This document shows positions 9,716 through 19,654 of a stretch of DNA of 64,000 nt, in pieces. Positions within the stretch are counted from its first letter, which is position 1. The number at the start of each line of letters is the position of its first letter. The translations under genes were made by a program, and so were the position numbers. The stretch lies in assembly GCA_036918135.1 (NCBI GenBank), contig JBALDB010000069.1:32001-96000 (forward strand), given 5' to 3'. Source of the DNA: Nostoc sp. Its GTDB lineage: Bacteria > Cyanobacteriota > Cyanobacteriia > Cyanobacteriales > Nostocaceae. Below the pieces are notes generated by a model. That model had not been told where the DNA came from, did no database searches, and saw only the letters and a program-made list of their open reading frames with translations.

Positions 9716-10027
9716 ATGGCAGATAAAACCAAAATTATTTCCTTTCAACTTTCTGACGGCAAAATAATTAAAATAGAGGTTACGCCTATAGGGGAACAAC
9801 CCGTTTCTGATGAAACCAGAGTTTTTAAACAAGCCACAGAAATTATTAAATCCATTGCTGAAGATGTCGCAGGTACATTAAAAGATATTAGCGAGACAGT
9901 CAAACCAGATAAATTTAGTGTCAAACTAGGTTTACAAATTGGAGTTGAGTCAGGACAACTAACCGCTTTAATTGTGAAAGGAACAGGCACAGCTAACCTG
10001 GAAATTATGATGGAATGGAGTAAATAA
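9716..10027 (+). CDS. Trypsin co-occurring domain 1 (Trypco1 / CU044_2847-like) small protein
   Basis: 103 aa; L.DG..I.IEV N-terminus; KPDKFSVKLGLQIGVESG.L..LIVKG.GTANLEIMMEW C-terminus; directly upstream of a trypsin gene. Confidence 0.8.
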   Translation: MADKTKIISFQLSDGKIIKIEVTPIGEQPVSDETRVFKQATEIIKSIAEDVAGTLKDISETVKPDKFSVKLGLQIGVESGQLTALIVKGTGTANLEIMMEWSK

Positions 10028-10087
10028 CAGTTGATTGTCTTACGGTTGTGGTAATCTTTTTACAAAGATGCTACGTGAGAGCAATTA

Positions 10088-11683
10088 ATGGGTAACGAAG
10101 ACTATTTACAACGCTGTACAGTGCGTTTAAATGTTGCCAGTAGTCAGGGAACAGGTTTTTTTGTTGCACAAAATTGCATTCTCACCTGCGCCCATGTGGT
10201 TGAATCTGCAAAAAACAACCCTGTACAAGTATTTTGGAAAGCAGGAAACCAGAATTACACAGCTAAAGTTACGCAATTATACGAATATCCCCTTGATTTA
10301 GCCCTTTTACAACTGGACGAGGATTGTTTGCATCATCCCTGTGTTGAATTGGATGACACAAAACCCAATACCAATGATGATTTATATATTTTCGGTTATC
10401 CCAAGAATAGCGAAGTTGATTATTCACAGGGAGATTCAGCAAGCTTTAAATATGAAGGAATAAGTTTTAAACAGGATATTATTCTCTATAAGTTAAAGCA
10501 AGGGCAAGTTATCTCAGGCTTTAGTGGATCGCCTTTGTTAAATTTACGAAGAGGTAAAGTTTGTGGAATTGTGCATCTTTCCCGTGATGAGGATAACGAT
10601 TTAGGTGGGCGGGCAGTTTCTGCTCAAGTTATTGTGCAACAGTTTCCCGAAATTGCCTTACTTAATCAACAATTTCATCAGATAAAGCCCAAAGGTGATA
10701 ATCCATTTGAATATGGTCTTCCTGTTCCTCCACAACGTTTTTACGGACGGAGAAAAGAGATTTTAGAGATTAAAAACCGTATTGGCGCGATTAGTCCTCA
10801 ATGTGTTAATTTGGTAGGCTTGCGGCGTAATGGGAAAACCTCTTTATTGCGATATATCAGAGAAAGAATCAACGAATTTTGTTCGCCAATACAAAAGCCT
10901 TTAGTTGTTTTCTTAGATTTAACGAATGGGAATTTTCATACTCCAGAGGGGATTATTGAAGGCTTAAGGCGAGGGATTCACAAACTAACAGGGAATTATC
11001 CTTGGTCAAAGGAAGATAATGAAGATGGCTTTGCAGTAGAAGATAGCTTACAGGTATTAGTAGATGAAGGGTATCGTTTAATTATTTTGTTGGATGAGTT
11101 TGAAGCCATTGCTAGTAAAAAAGATAGATTGGAATTGTTTCAAGATTGGGGAGAAGATTGGCGTTCTAAGGCTTGTGCAGGTTTATTAACAATGGTAATT
11201 GCCAGCAAACGCCCTCTTAATGAAGTTTACGAAACTTTGAGTCTGGGTTCTCCCTTTTCCAATATTTTCAGTACGACTATTTTAGGGGCATTAGAAAAGG
11301 AAGCTTGGCAAAGCATCATCCAGAAAGGACAGAAAGAATTTCCGCCTAATTCTGTGGTATTACAATGGGTGGATGAGTTAGCAGGAGGGTTGCCCTATTA
11401 TGTGCAGATGGCGGGAGCGATGTTGTGGCAATATGGGAATCAACAAATAGCTAAAAATGAGTTTAATTTTCAAGCAAAGCCTCGTTTTGAAGAACTTTGG
11501 AAAGATTTAACAGAAGTTGAACGTTTAGCATTGCGTTATGAGTTGGGAGGGGGTAATTTACCTACTCTCGATTTAGCAATTGTAGATCAGCTTCAGCGTC
11601 ATGGTTTATTACGGAACAATGGGGGTTTATTTAGCAGTGTTTTTGCAGAGTTTGTCAAACAAAGAGCAAAGATAAAACAATAA
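10088..11683 (+). CDS. Trypsin-like serine protease fused to a STAND-type P-loop NTPase
   Basis: Triad LTCAHVV / DLALL / GFSGSP; NPFEYG.PV...FYGR; Walker A GLRRNGKTS; Walker B ILLDEFE; GGLPYYVQ; winged-helix-like tail. Confidence 0.9.
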   Translation: MGNEDYLQRCTVRLNVASSQGTGFFVAQNCILTCAHVVESAKNNPVQVFWKAGNQNYTAKVTQLYEYPLDLALLQLDEDCLHHPCVELDDTKPNTNDDLYIFGYPKNSEVDYSQGDSASFKYEGISFKQDIILYKLKQGQVISGFSGSPLLNLRRGKVCGIVHLSRDEDNDLGGRAVSAQVIVQQFPEIALLNQQFHQIKPKGDNPFEYGLPVPPQRFYGRRKEILEIKNRIGAISPQCVNLVGLRRNGKTSLLRYIRERINEFCSPIQKPLVVFLDLTNGNFHTPEGIIEGLRRGIHKLTGNYPWSKEDNEDGFAVEDSLQVLVDEGYRLIILLDEFEAIASKKDRLELFQDWGEDWRSKACAGLLTMVIASKRPLNEVYETLSLGSPFSNIFSTTILGALEKEAWQSIIQKGQKEFPPNSVVLQWVDELAGGLPYYVQMAGAMLWQYGNQQIAKNEFNFQAKPRFEELWKDLTEVERLALRYELGGGNLPTLDLAIVDQLQRHGLLRNNGGLFSSVFAEFVKQRAKIKQ

Positions 11684-11712
11684 GTCAAATATTTAAACAT
11701 TAAATATAAAAA

Positions 11713-14652
11713 ATGTTGCTATTTTTGCAAGAAACTTGGGAATTATTTTGGTGGGCAACTTTTTGTCCTTCAAGACTTCAGCAACGAATGAATGAATGGC
11801 CGCCTCAAAAAGAAACATATGGAAACAGACCAGCAGACACAAGTTTTTTTGATATTTTAGTTTTCGGAAACTCACGATTTTTTTGTCAGTATTTATTACT
11901 ATTATTTTTTTTTAATATCCCTGTGATTTTAAAGCTAATTGAGCGTAATCAATTATTAGATTGGTTACAGTTACCTTGTTTAATGTTAATTGCTTATATA
12001 ACAGGAGTTTTATTTTTACCTTTAGGATTGGTTATCCCCTTGTTGTGGTTGATAGTTGTATTAAATCAGCCTGATAGCTGGTTAAAGGGCTTAATAGAAG
12101 CTATTAAAGTTTCACTTCCTTTATCTCAGATAGGGATAGGTCTTGCAGTTTTTGGAGTATGTATATCATTAACTGTTTGGTTAATGTTCCAATCTTCAGC
12201 AATAGAACATCTTTCCCTTGCTCATAATGTGATGGTGGTGGGAGGAACAATCAGTGTGATGTTAGAAGTGATGTTAGGAGCGTGGTTAGCAACTCAAAAC
12301 TGGTTGTTTATGTTGTTAATAAGTGGAATAACAGGCTTTTTGCTATTTCAAATAAGAGAAACTACTATAAAAAATAGTGATGATGATGGTGATGATGGTC
12401 GCGTGACGGGGGCGGGATTCTTCGCGGGAGCCTGGGCGGGAATCGTGGCGCTCGTCGTGGCGTTCGTCTTGGCGCTCGTCTGGGCGGGAGTCTTGGCGGG
12501 AGTCGTGGCGGCACTCGTGGCGTTCGGCGTGGCGGCACTCGTGGCGTTCGGCGTGGCGCTCGTCTGGGCGGCACTCGTGGGGGTCGCCTGGGCGGGAATC
12601 GTGGCGGGAGTCGTGACGGGAGTCGTGGCGGGAGTCGTGGCGGGAGTCGTGGCGGGAGTCGTGGCGGGAGTTGCTACTTTATCGCTTAGTTCGTTTTTGA
12701 TTATTGCAAGTTTAATCGCTTTTGCTCTTGCACCAGCAAAAGATAATATAGTTTTTATCATCACTACAGTGATTTTAACAGCTCTTTCTGCCCAAAATTT
12801 AAGATGGCTTTCAGCATTAATTATCCCTGTAACCTTAGTCAGCTATTACAGAATATTTCCGGATTATAGCTTTATCTTTTTAGGTAGTTATTATACATAC
12901 TTTAATTCTTTACTAAAACTTTTCGGATTTTCAGATTCAACAATTAGGCGGTTCCGTCCCCAAACAGAAAAAATACTTTTTCAATTACCTCCTTACACTA
13001 GCGAACTCCTGTGGATACCTTTACCTAATCATGCTCAACTTCTTGTTTCTGAATTTCGTGAAAGACCTCAACAAGCCTTAAAAATCTTTCAATATACCCA
13101 AACTTTTTCCTTACCAGGATTTCAAATAACCGTGCAAAATGCTTTACCACAAATTGTCGCCGACCAATTCAAGGAAATTCAAGATATTAAAAAACTAATT
13201 TATACTGCTACCTCAGACCATCCCATATTACCCTTCCTGATTTCTCCCTTCTATCACCTCGATTCTGAGAGCTACACCCCTACTCCACAAACACCTTTAC
13301 CAAAGGTTAAACCCGAACTTTCAATCCTTCTTCCTCGCTTGCAAACTATTATTCAAGATATTCAATCTGCACTTGAAAATCAAAATATACACCTACGAGA
13401 ACGAGGATTAGAACGAATCAATAACAAGCTTGTTCGATTACAACTCCAATTACCCTCTCTGGGACTTAAAGGCGAAGCTATCAAACGCTGGACACCTGTA
13501 CTGGAACATTGGCAAAGGGTTATTGAACTGGAACAAAATGAACAACGCAAACTCTCTCAAGGCGAACTAATCAACCCGTTCCAATTTGGAAATCCGGTGC
13601 GGCTTGACCAAAAAAACTTGTTTAAAGGTCGTCAGAAATTTGCCAATGAAATTATCCGTCGAGTTTTAGACCGTGACCGACCTACCCTTGTGCTGCATGG
13701 CCCCCGTCGCTGTGGTAAAACTTCCTTTTTATATAACTTTCCCCGCCTGCTTCCCAGTGATATTCTCCCCGTATTTGTGGATATGCAAAGTTCCGCCATT
13801 ACCACCAGCGAATCTGACTTGTGCTTTGGCTTAGTCCATGCAATTCATAAAGACTGCAAAAGTCAAGGCGTTCAATTACCAAACATTCCTAAACGCACCG
13901 ATTTTCAACCTAGTCCTTATACCACCTTAGAAGATTGGTTGGATGACGCATTTGCCCAAATCGGAGAACGGCGCATCCTTCTCAACCTTGATGAATTTGA
14001 AAAAATCGGTACCGCCATCCAAAACGGACAGATAACTTTACGTTTATTTGACGAACTGCGCCACTTAATTCAACATTACGAACAACTCGGTTTTCTCTTT
14101 TCCGGGGTGCAAACTTTAGAAGAATTAGGCCCAAATTGGAGTAGCTATTTTATCAGCGTTGTCCCGATAGAAATGCTTTATCTTGAACCTAACGAAGCCG
14201 AGGAATTACTGTTTAATCCAGATCCAGCTTTTGCACTGCGTTACGCTCCAGAGATTGTAGAAGAAGTATTAAAGCTTACCAATTGTCACCCTTACTGCCT
14301 ACAATTATTGGGCGCATCAATGGTAAATCAAGCTAACTTTAACCATACTGATTTTATTACTGCTGAACTCTTGCAAGCTTCTATTAATGACGCATTTACT
14401 TCCGGTCAACCTTATTTTACAAATATTTGGACAGAATTTACAGGAACTACACCAGAAGAAATGGTAATTGGTCAAGAATTATTATTACAAGTTGCCAAGA
14501 CAGATATTTCATTAGATATAACTACTGAAATTGCTGAAAAGGTATTAACCCGCCTGTTGCGTTATCATATTTTACACAAAATCAATGAAGGATATGATTT
14601 TGAAATTCCTCTGTTAAAACAATGGGTGAGAGAGCGTGCAGTAAAAAGCTAA
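11713..14652 (+). CDS. Multi-pass membrane protein fused to a STAND-type P-loop NTPase
   Basis: About 400 aa hydrophobic N-terminus; helical linker; NPFQFGNPV..FKGR; Walker A GPRRCGKTS; Walker B LNLDEFE; CHPYCLQ. Confidence 0.85.
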   Translation: MLLFLQETWELFWWATFCPSRLQQRMNEWPPQKETYGNRPADTSFFDILVFGNSRFFCQYLLLLFFFNIPVILKLIERNQLLDWLQLPCLMLIAYITGVLFLPLGLVIPLLWLIVVLNQPDSWLKGLIEAIKVSLPLSQIGIGLAVFGVCISLTVWLMFQSSAIEHLSLAHNVMVVGGTISVMLEVMLGAWLATQNWLFMLLISGITGFLLFQIRETTIKNSDDDGDDGRVTGAGFFAGAWAGIVALVVAFVLALVWAGVLAGVVAALVAFGVAALVAFGVALVWAALVGVAWAGIVAGVVTGVVAGVVAGVVAGVVAGVATLSLSSFLIIASLIAFALAPAKDNIVFIITTVILTALSAQNLRWLSALIIPVTLVSYYRIFPDYSFIFLGSYYTYFNSLLKLFGFSDSTIRRFRPQTEKILFQLPPYTSELLWIPLPNHAQLLVSEFRERPQQALKIFQYTQTFSLPGFQITVQNALPQIVADQFKEIQDIKKLIYTATSDHPILPFLISPFYHLDSESYTPTPQTPLPKVKPELSILLPRLQTIIQDIQSALENQNIHLRERGLERINNKLVRLQLQLPSLGLKGEAIKRWTPVLEHWQRVIELEQNEQRKLSQGELINPFQFGNPVRLDQKNLFKGRQKFANEIIRRVLDRDRPTLVLHGPRRCGKTSFLYNFPRLLPSDILPVFVDMQSSAITTSESDLCFGLVHAIHKDCKSQGVQLPNIPKRTDFQPSPYTTLEDWLDDAFAQIGERRILLNLDEFEKIGTAIQNGQITLRLFDELRHLIQHYEQLGFLFSGVQTLEELGPNWSSYFISVVPIEMLYLEPNEAEELLFNPDPAFALRYAPEIVEEVLKLTNCHPYCLQLLGASMVNQANFNHTDFITAELLQASINDAFTSGQPYFTNIWTEFTGTTPEEMVIGQELLLQVAKTDISLDITTEIAEKVLTRLLRYHILHKINEGYDFEIPLLKQWVRERAVKS
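12403..12672 (+). repeat. In-frame 12-bp tandem repeat (consensus GGAGTCGTGGCG, GVVA), 21 units
   Basis: Clear 12-nt period at 12415-12666; very GC-rich within an AT-rich gene. Confidence 0.95.
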
Positions 14653-14703
14653 TTATTTTATAAATATGCCCTAACAGAATCATTAATGGTTTGTTTTATT
14701 TAA

Positions 14704-16212
14704 ATGGTCAATCAAAACCAAACACCTTTATTAGACGCCTTAAAAGCCAATGCAGCAAGACCCCATGCACCTTTTTACACCCCAGGACACAAACAAGGCA
14801 AGGGAATTTCTCAACCCTTTGCCGATTTATTTGGCAAAGCCGTCTTTAGCGCTGACTTAACCGAATTGGCAGATTTAGATAATCTCTTTGCACCCCAAGG
14901 CGTTATTCAAGAAGCACAACAACTTGCGGCTGAAGCATTTGGCGCTTCGCAAACATGGTTCCTTGTTAATGGTTCTACCTGTGGTATTGAAGCGGCAATT
15001 CTCGCTACCTGTGGCACAGGCGATAAAATCATTTTGCCTCGCAATGTACATTTATCTGCGATCGCTGGTTTAATTCTCTCCGGTGCTATACCAATTTTTC
15101 TCAATCCTGAATACGATCCAGTTTTAGATATTGCCCATAGCATCACGCCCAATACCCTACAATCTGCACTCCAACAACATCCAGATGCTAAAGCAGTGTT
15201 GACAGTTTACCCAACATATTACGGCGTTTGTGGAGATTTGAGTGCGATCGCCAACATCACACATCAATATAATATCCCTCTACTCGTAGATGAGGCACAC
15301 GGCGCACACTTTGCCTTTCATCCGGAATTACCCACTCCAGCTTTAGCCGCAGGTGCAGATTTAACTGTACAATCCATCCACAAGGTACTTGGTGCGATGA
15401 CACAGGCATCGATGTTGCATATCCAAGGTGAGAGGATAAATAGCAATCGCATTAGTAAAGCTTTGCAACTCCTACAATCTACCAGTCCTAGCTATATACT
15501 TTTAGCTTCTCTAGATGCAGCACGTCAGCAAATGGCGCTTGACGGAAAAATGCTGATGTCTCACACTTTGCAACTCGCTGAGGAAGCTATAACCAAAATT
15601 AGCCAAATTCCTGGATTATCTGTTTTGCAGATTCCCTCTACTAATCAAGGGAGATTAGCAGAATCTCCTGGCTTTGTGGCTTTAGACAAAACGCGACTAA
15701 CTGTAACTGTTTCTAAATTAGGTTTAACCGGATTTGCAGCAGATGAAATTTTGGATGACAAATTTGCCGTTACTGCTGAATTTCCCTCCCAGCAACACCT
15801 TACTTTTATCATCAGTTTGGGCAATACAGCAGTCGATATTCAGCAATTAGTCCAAGGTTTTACCATTCTTGCCAAAGAATATGGGCGAACCAATGTGAGT
15901 GTTAAAAATGATATTTGCCAGAATCTTCCTACAAAAGTGGGTACTAATTTGTATTTGTCTCCCCGCGAAGCTTTTTTTGCTGCTAGTGAAACATTACCTT
16001 TCACAAAAACTTGCGATTGCATTTGTGCCGAAATCGTCTGTCCCTATCCTCCGGGAATTCCCGTATTAATGCCAGGGGAACTCATCACCAAACCCGTTCT
16101 TGACTACTTGCAACAAATTCAGGCGATGGGGGGACTGATTGGCGGTTGCAATGACACTAGCCTCAAAACTTTGAAGGTGGTGAAATCACCTACTAATTTT
16201 ATCAAAATTTAG
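14704..16212 (+). CDS. Orn/Lys/Arg decarboxylase (PLP-dependent)
   Basis: PGHKQG, LVNGST, VDEAHGAH, QSIHK (PLP lysine), STSPSY, PYPPGIP. Confidence 0.92.
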   Translation: MVNQNQTPLLDALKANAARPHAPFYTPGHKQGKGISQPFADLFGKAVFSADLTELADLDNLFAPQGVIQEAQQLAAEAFGASQTWFLVNGSTCGIEAAILATCGTGDKIILPRNVHLSAIAGLILSGAIPIFLNPEYDPVLDIAHSITPNTLQSALQQHPDAKAVLTVYPTYYGVCGDLSAIANITHQYNIPLLVDEAHGAHFAFHPELPTPALAAGADLTVQSIHKVLGAMTQASMLHIQGERINSNRISKALQLLQSTSPSYILLASLDAARQQMALDGKMLMSHTLQLAEEAITKISQIPGLSVLQIPSTNQGRLAESPGFVALDKTRLTVTVSKLGLTGFAADEILDDKFAVTAEFPSQQHLTFIISLGNTAVDIQQLVQGFTILAKEYGRTNVSVKNDICQNLPTKVGTNLYLSPREAFFAASETLPFTKTCDCICAEIVCPYPPGIPVLMPGELITKPVLDYLQQIQAMGGLIGGCNDTSLKTLKVVKSPTNFIKI

Positions 16213-16511
16213 AATCTAGAATCGGTAAATTTATCAAATTTTTAAATCCAACTTTATCACTTTCATAAAATCAAGTAGCTTACTAAAATTGACTTCTCAG
16301 GCATTCTGACCTCTATATTCTGACTCGGAAATTATTTTTGATAAAAATTTTATTTGTCTAGTCAATAGTAAATATGCGGTTAAGCAGATAATTTATAGGA
16401 AAATATACAGATGTGATGGCAGCTATGAAAATTTCATAAAAAGGTCTACTAGATTAATGCAATTTGTGATTTCTATTTTTAGGATGATATTGATAATTCC
16501 TAAACTAGAAG

Positions 16512-17495
16512 ATGAAATTAAAAACTTATTATGTTTGCGGACAAGTAGCAGTTCCGATTATAGTGACTTTAGCACTGGGTTTCTCAGCAAAAGCAAATGC
16601 AGTTGAGTTAGGCGCTGCGTCTGATTACAATGTCTTTGTTTTGGGAGACATCTCTCAAAAATATACAGATATAGAAGGAAAACTTGCTGCTGGCGGGAAT
16701 GTGAATTTCGTCGGGGGACTTGGAAGCAGACTTTCTAATAATAGTGGCAACGTAGTAGTAGCCGGACAAAACTTGACTCTGAGCAATGGTCAAGTCTACC
16801 ACGGAAATGCAGTCTATGGAGCCACCGCCAATGTCTCTAGTAATGTAGGATTTCCTCAAGGAACTCTTAGTAAAGCTAATCCCATCGACTTTAAAGCAGC
16901 AGGAGAAGAATTGCGATCGCTATCGCAATATTTTGCAACCTTAACTCCTACTGGTAAGACAACAGTTCAACCTTGGGGTGCTATTAACCTGAGTGGCAGT
17001 GGTACTGCTTTGAATGTTTTTAATCTTGCAGGCTCGGATGTCTCCAAGACAAACTATTTTGAAATCAAGGGAGACCCAAATTCAACTATCCTTGTCAATA
17101 TCAGCGGTAAGGATGTGTCGCTGCAAAACTTTGGTTTCAACATCCTTGGCACAGATAAACAAAAGGTGATTTACAACTTTTATGAAGCTACTAACCTAAC
17201 TGCCAGTGGTATTGGTATCCAAGGTAGTATTCTTGCTCCTTTAGCTAATTTCAACTTCAATAACGGTCAAGTTAACGGTAACGTGGTGGTAGCTTCCTTG
17301 ACAGGAAATGGCGAGTCTCACAACTATCTGTTTAATGGCGATCTGCCAAGTCTGCCGACTAAGTACTACACTAAGCCGAACCCTCCCACTCATACTCAGG
17401 TTCCAGAGCCTGCAAATGTTCCAGGTTTAGGATTAATTGCTGTAGTATTTGGTGTATTTCGCCACAAACGCAAGTCTCTAACTTCCCTAAAATAG
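16512..17495 (+). CDS. Secreted choice-of-anchor A domain protein with PEP-CTERM sorting signal
   Basis: Signal peptide; YNVFVLGD..DIEGKLAAGGN and GSILAP motifs; C-terminal VPEP, TM helix and RHKRK. Confidence 0.85.
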   Translation: MKLKTYYVCGQVAVPIIVTLALGFSAKANAVELGAASDYNVFVLGDISQKYTDIEGKLAAGGNVNFVGGLGSRLSNNSGNVVVAGQNLTLSNGQVYHGNAVYGATANVSSNVGFPQGTLSKANPIDFKAAGEELRSLSQYFATLTPTGKTTVQPWGAINLSGSGTALNVFNLAGSDVSKTNYFEIKGDPNSTILVNISGKDVSLQNFGFNILGTDKQKVIYNFYEATNLTASGIGIQGSILAPLANFNFNNGQVNGNVVVASLTGNGESHNYLFNGDLPSLPTKYYTKPNPPTHTQVPEPANVPGLGLIAVVFGVFRHKRKSLTSLK

Positions 17496-17514
17496 TCAGA
17501 AATTTTTGGCAGCT

Positions 17515-17559
17515 TAGCGCATGAAGCGAACTTGTTTAGAGATTTTCGCTCATGCGCTA
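17515..17559 (+). terminator. Stem-loop downstream of the PEP-CTERM gene
   Basis: TAGCGCATGA(A)GCGAA pairs with TTCGCTCATGCGCTA. Confidence 0.55.
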
Positions 17560-17629
17560 TTTCCTTGTCCCTACCTTCTACAATAAGGATAGACTTTGTT
17601 GAGATTTGTATAGTTGGGGAAAAGCTGTC

Positions 17630-18649
17630 ATGGCTCCCGCCGTTTTAATTCAAAATCTGCAAAAATCCTACGGCACGGTAGTTGCCGTCAAGGATGTTTC
17701 CTTTCAGGTAGAGTCAGGAGAAATCTTTGGTTTACTTGGCCCCAACGGTGCTGGTAAAACTACTACCTTGCGTGCCTTGTGTACACTCACCACACCGGAT
17801 GCTGGCAAAATCGAAGTATCCGGCATCTCTGTATTAGATAATCCGAGAGTAGCAAGACAACGACTAGGCTATGTAGCTCAGGAAGTCGCTATAGATAAAG
17901 TGTTGACTGGACGAGAATTACTGCAATTGCAAGCAGCACTTTATCACCTCCCAAGCGCAGTAGCCAAACAGCGTATTGAGACAGTATTGGATTTACTCGG
18001 TTTACAAGAATACGCCAATAAAAAAACCGGAACCTACTCTGGCGGTTTACGCAAGCGCTTAGATTTAGCTGCTGGCTTACTCCATGCACCGGATGTTTTA
18101 GTCTTAGATGAGCCAACTGTAGGACTTGACATAGAAAGCCGTTTTGTGGTGTGGGAATTTTTGAGAAAATTACGCGCCTCTGGGACAACGGTAGTAATTA
18201 CCAGCCATTATTTAGAAGAGATTGACGCCCTAGCCGATCGCGTGGCAATTATCGATCGCGGTGTTGTAATTGCTGTTGGCACACCTTCACAATTGAAAGA
18301 CCGATTAGGGGGCGATCGCATTACTTTGCGAATTCAAGAATTTTCCCCAATAGAAGAAGCCGAAAAAGCCAAAAACCTCTTGCAAACTTTGCCGTTTGTG
18401 CAAGAAGTTATTGTTAACAGCGCTCAAGGTAATTCTCTCAATTTGGTGGTCACACCCCAAAATGACGTTCTGATTAACATCCAGCAAACGCTAAATACTG
18501 CTGGCTTGCCCATATTTGGCATCGCCCAATCTCGCCCCAGTCTTGATGATGTTTACCTCGCTGCTACAGGACGCACACTGATGGATGCAGAACTAGCAGC
18601 CATTGCCACTCGCGATCCGAAAGCTGAGAAAAAGCAGAATATGAGATAG
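17630..18649 (+). CDS. ABC transporter ATP-binding protein (DrrA-like)
   Basis: GPNGAGKTT, YSGG signature, LDEPTVGLD. Confidence 0.92.
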   Translation: MAPAVLIQNLQKSYGTVVAVKDVSFQVESGEIFGLLGPNGAGKTTTLRALCTLTTPDAGKIEVSGISVLDNPRVARQRLGYVAQEVAIDKVLTGRELLQLQAALYHLPSAVAKQRIETVLDLLGLQEYANKKTGTYSGGLRKRLDLAAGLLHAPDVLVLDEPTVGLDIESRFVVWEFLRKLRASGTTVVITSHYLEEIDALADRVAIIDRGVVIAVGTPSQLKDRLGGDRITLRIQEFSPIEEAEKAKNLLQTLPFVQEVIVNSAQGNSLNLVVTPQNDVLINIQQTLNTAGLPIFGIAQSRPSLDDVYLAATGRTLMDAELAAIATRDPKAEKKQNMR

Positions 18650-18722
18650 GGAATGGGGACTGGGGGCTGGGAAAATTTCTTCCCAATACCCCATACCCCA
18701 ATCCAAAATTTAAAATCCAAAA
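18648..18722. repeat. STRR-type heptamer repeats
   Basis: GGGAATG/GGGACTG facing CCCAATA/CCCCATA, plus AAAATCC/AAAATTT units. Confidence 0.7.
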
Positions 18723-18734
18723 TTCATAATTCTC

Positions 18735-19622
18735 ATGAGTGTTACCCCTAAATCTGATATCAATTGGCAAACACTAGCATCACCCCAAGTTGTTGCTAAT
18801 GCTGCTCCTAATTTTTTTGCTGAATTGGTACAAGAGACGCTGGCTTTAACTCGTCGGCTGTTTATTCAGTTGCAACGGCGTCCCTCGACATTAGTTGCTG
18901 GAATTATTCAGCCGGTGATGTGGTTAGTGCTGTTTGGCGCTTTATTCCAAAATGCACCCAAGGGTTTGTTTGGTAGTACGACAAATTACGGACAATTTTT
19001 GGCTGCTGGCGTAATTGTATTTACAGCCTTTGCAGGAGCGCTAAATGCTGGTTTACCTGTAATGTTTGACCGCGAGTTCGGTTTTTTAAATCGTTTGCTG
19101 GTAGCACCTTTAGCATCACGATTTTCCATTGTCTTTGCTTCGGCAATCTTCATTATCAGTCAAAGTTTACTCCAAGCAGCCGTAATTGTAGGAGCAGCAG
19201 CGTTTTTAGGTGCCGGACTACCTAATGCAGCTGGTTTGGGTGCGATCGCTTTAATTGTTTTTCTTTTAGCCTTGGGTGTGACAGCGATTTCTCTGGGTTT
19301 AGCTTTTGCCTTACCCGGTCACATCGAACTGATTGCAGTGATTTTTGTCACTAACCTACCATTATTATTTGCTAGTACAGCTTTGGCTCCTCTATCTTTT
19401 ATGCCTGGCTGGTTGCAGGTTGTGGCTACCCTGAATCCTCTTAGTTATGCGATCGAACCGATTCGCTATCTCTATCTCCACAGTAGTTGGGCTTTGGATA
19501 GTGTGGTTATGCAGGCTCCTTGGGGCGATGTTACCTTTGGCGGAGCGTTATTGGTGTTGTTTGGCTTTGCCCTTGTTGCCTTAGTTAGCATTCAGCCCCA
19601 ACTGCGTCGGACTCTTGCTTAA
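18735..19622 (+). CDS. ABC-2 type permease (DrrB-like)
   Basis: DREFGFLNRLLVAP and NPLSYAIE motifs; multiple TM helices; follows the ATPase gene. Confidence 0.92.
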   Translation: MSVTPKSDINWQTLASPQVVANAAPNFFAELVQETLALTRRLFIQLQRRPSTLVAGIIQPVMWLVLFGALFQNAPKGLFGSTTNYGQFLAAGVIVFTAFAGALNAGLPVMFDREFGFLNRLLVAPLASRFSIVFASAIFIISQSLLQAAVIVGAAAFLGAGLPNAAGLGAIALIVFLLALGVTAISLGLAFALPGHIELIAVIFVTNLPLLFASTALAPLSFMPGWLQVVATLNPLSYAIEPIRYLYLHSSWALDSVVMQAPWGDVTFGGALLVLFGFALVALVSIQPQLRRTLA

Positions 19623-19654
19623 GATAAAATAGAGCCATTTAAGGGTCAAAATCT

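Noticed and set aside
12348..12764. Minus-strand ORFs (TPAT- and PPRR-rich)
   Set aside because: Antisense shadows of the stop-free 12-bp repeat.
9716..14652. Complete diversity-generating retroelement at the conflict locus
   Set aside because: No reverse transcriptase, Avd-like gene or A-rich template copy is visible in this window; only the variation pattern is suggestive.
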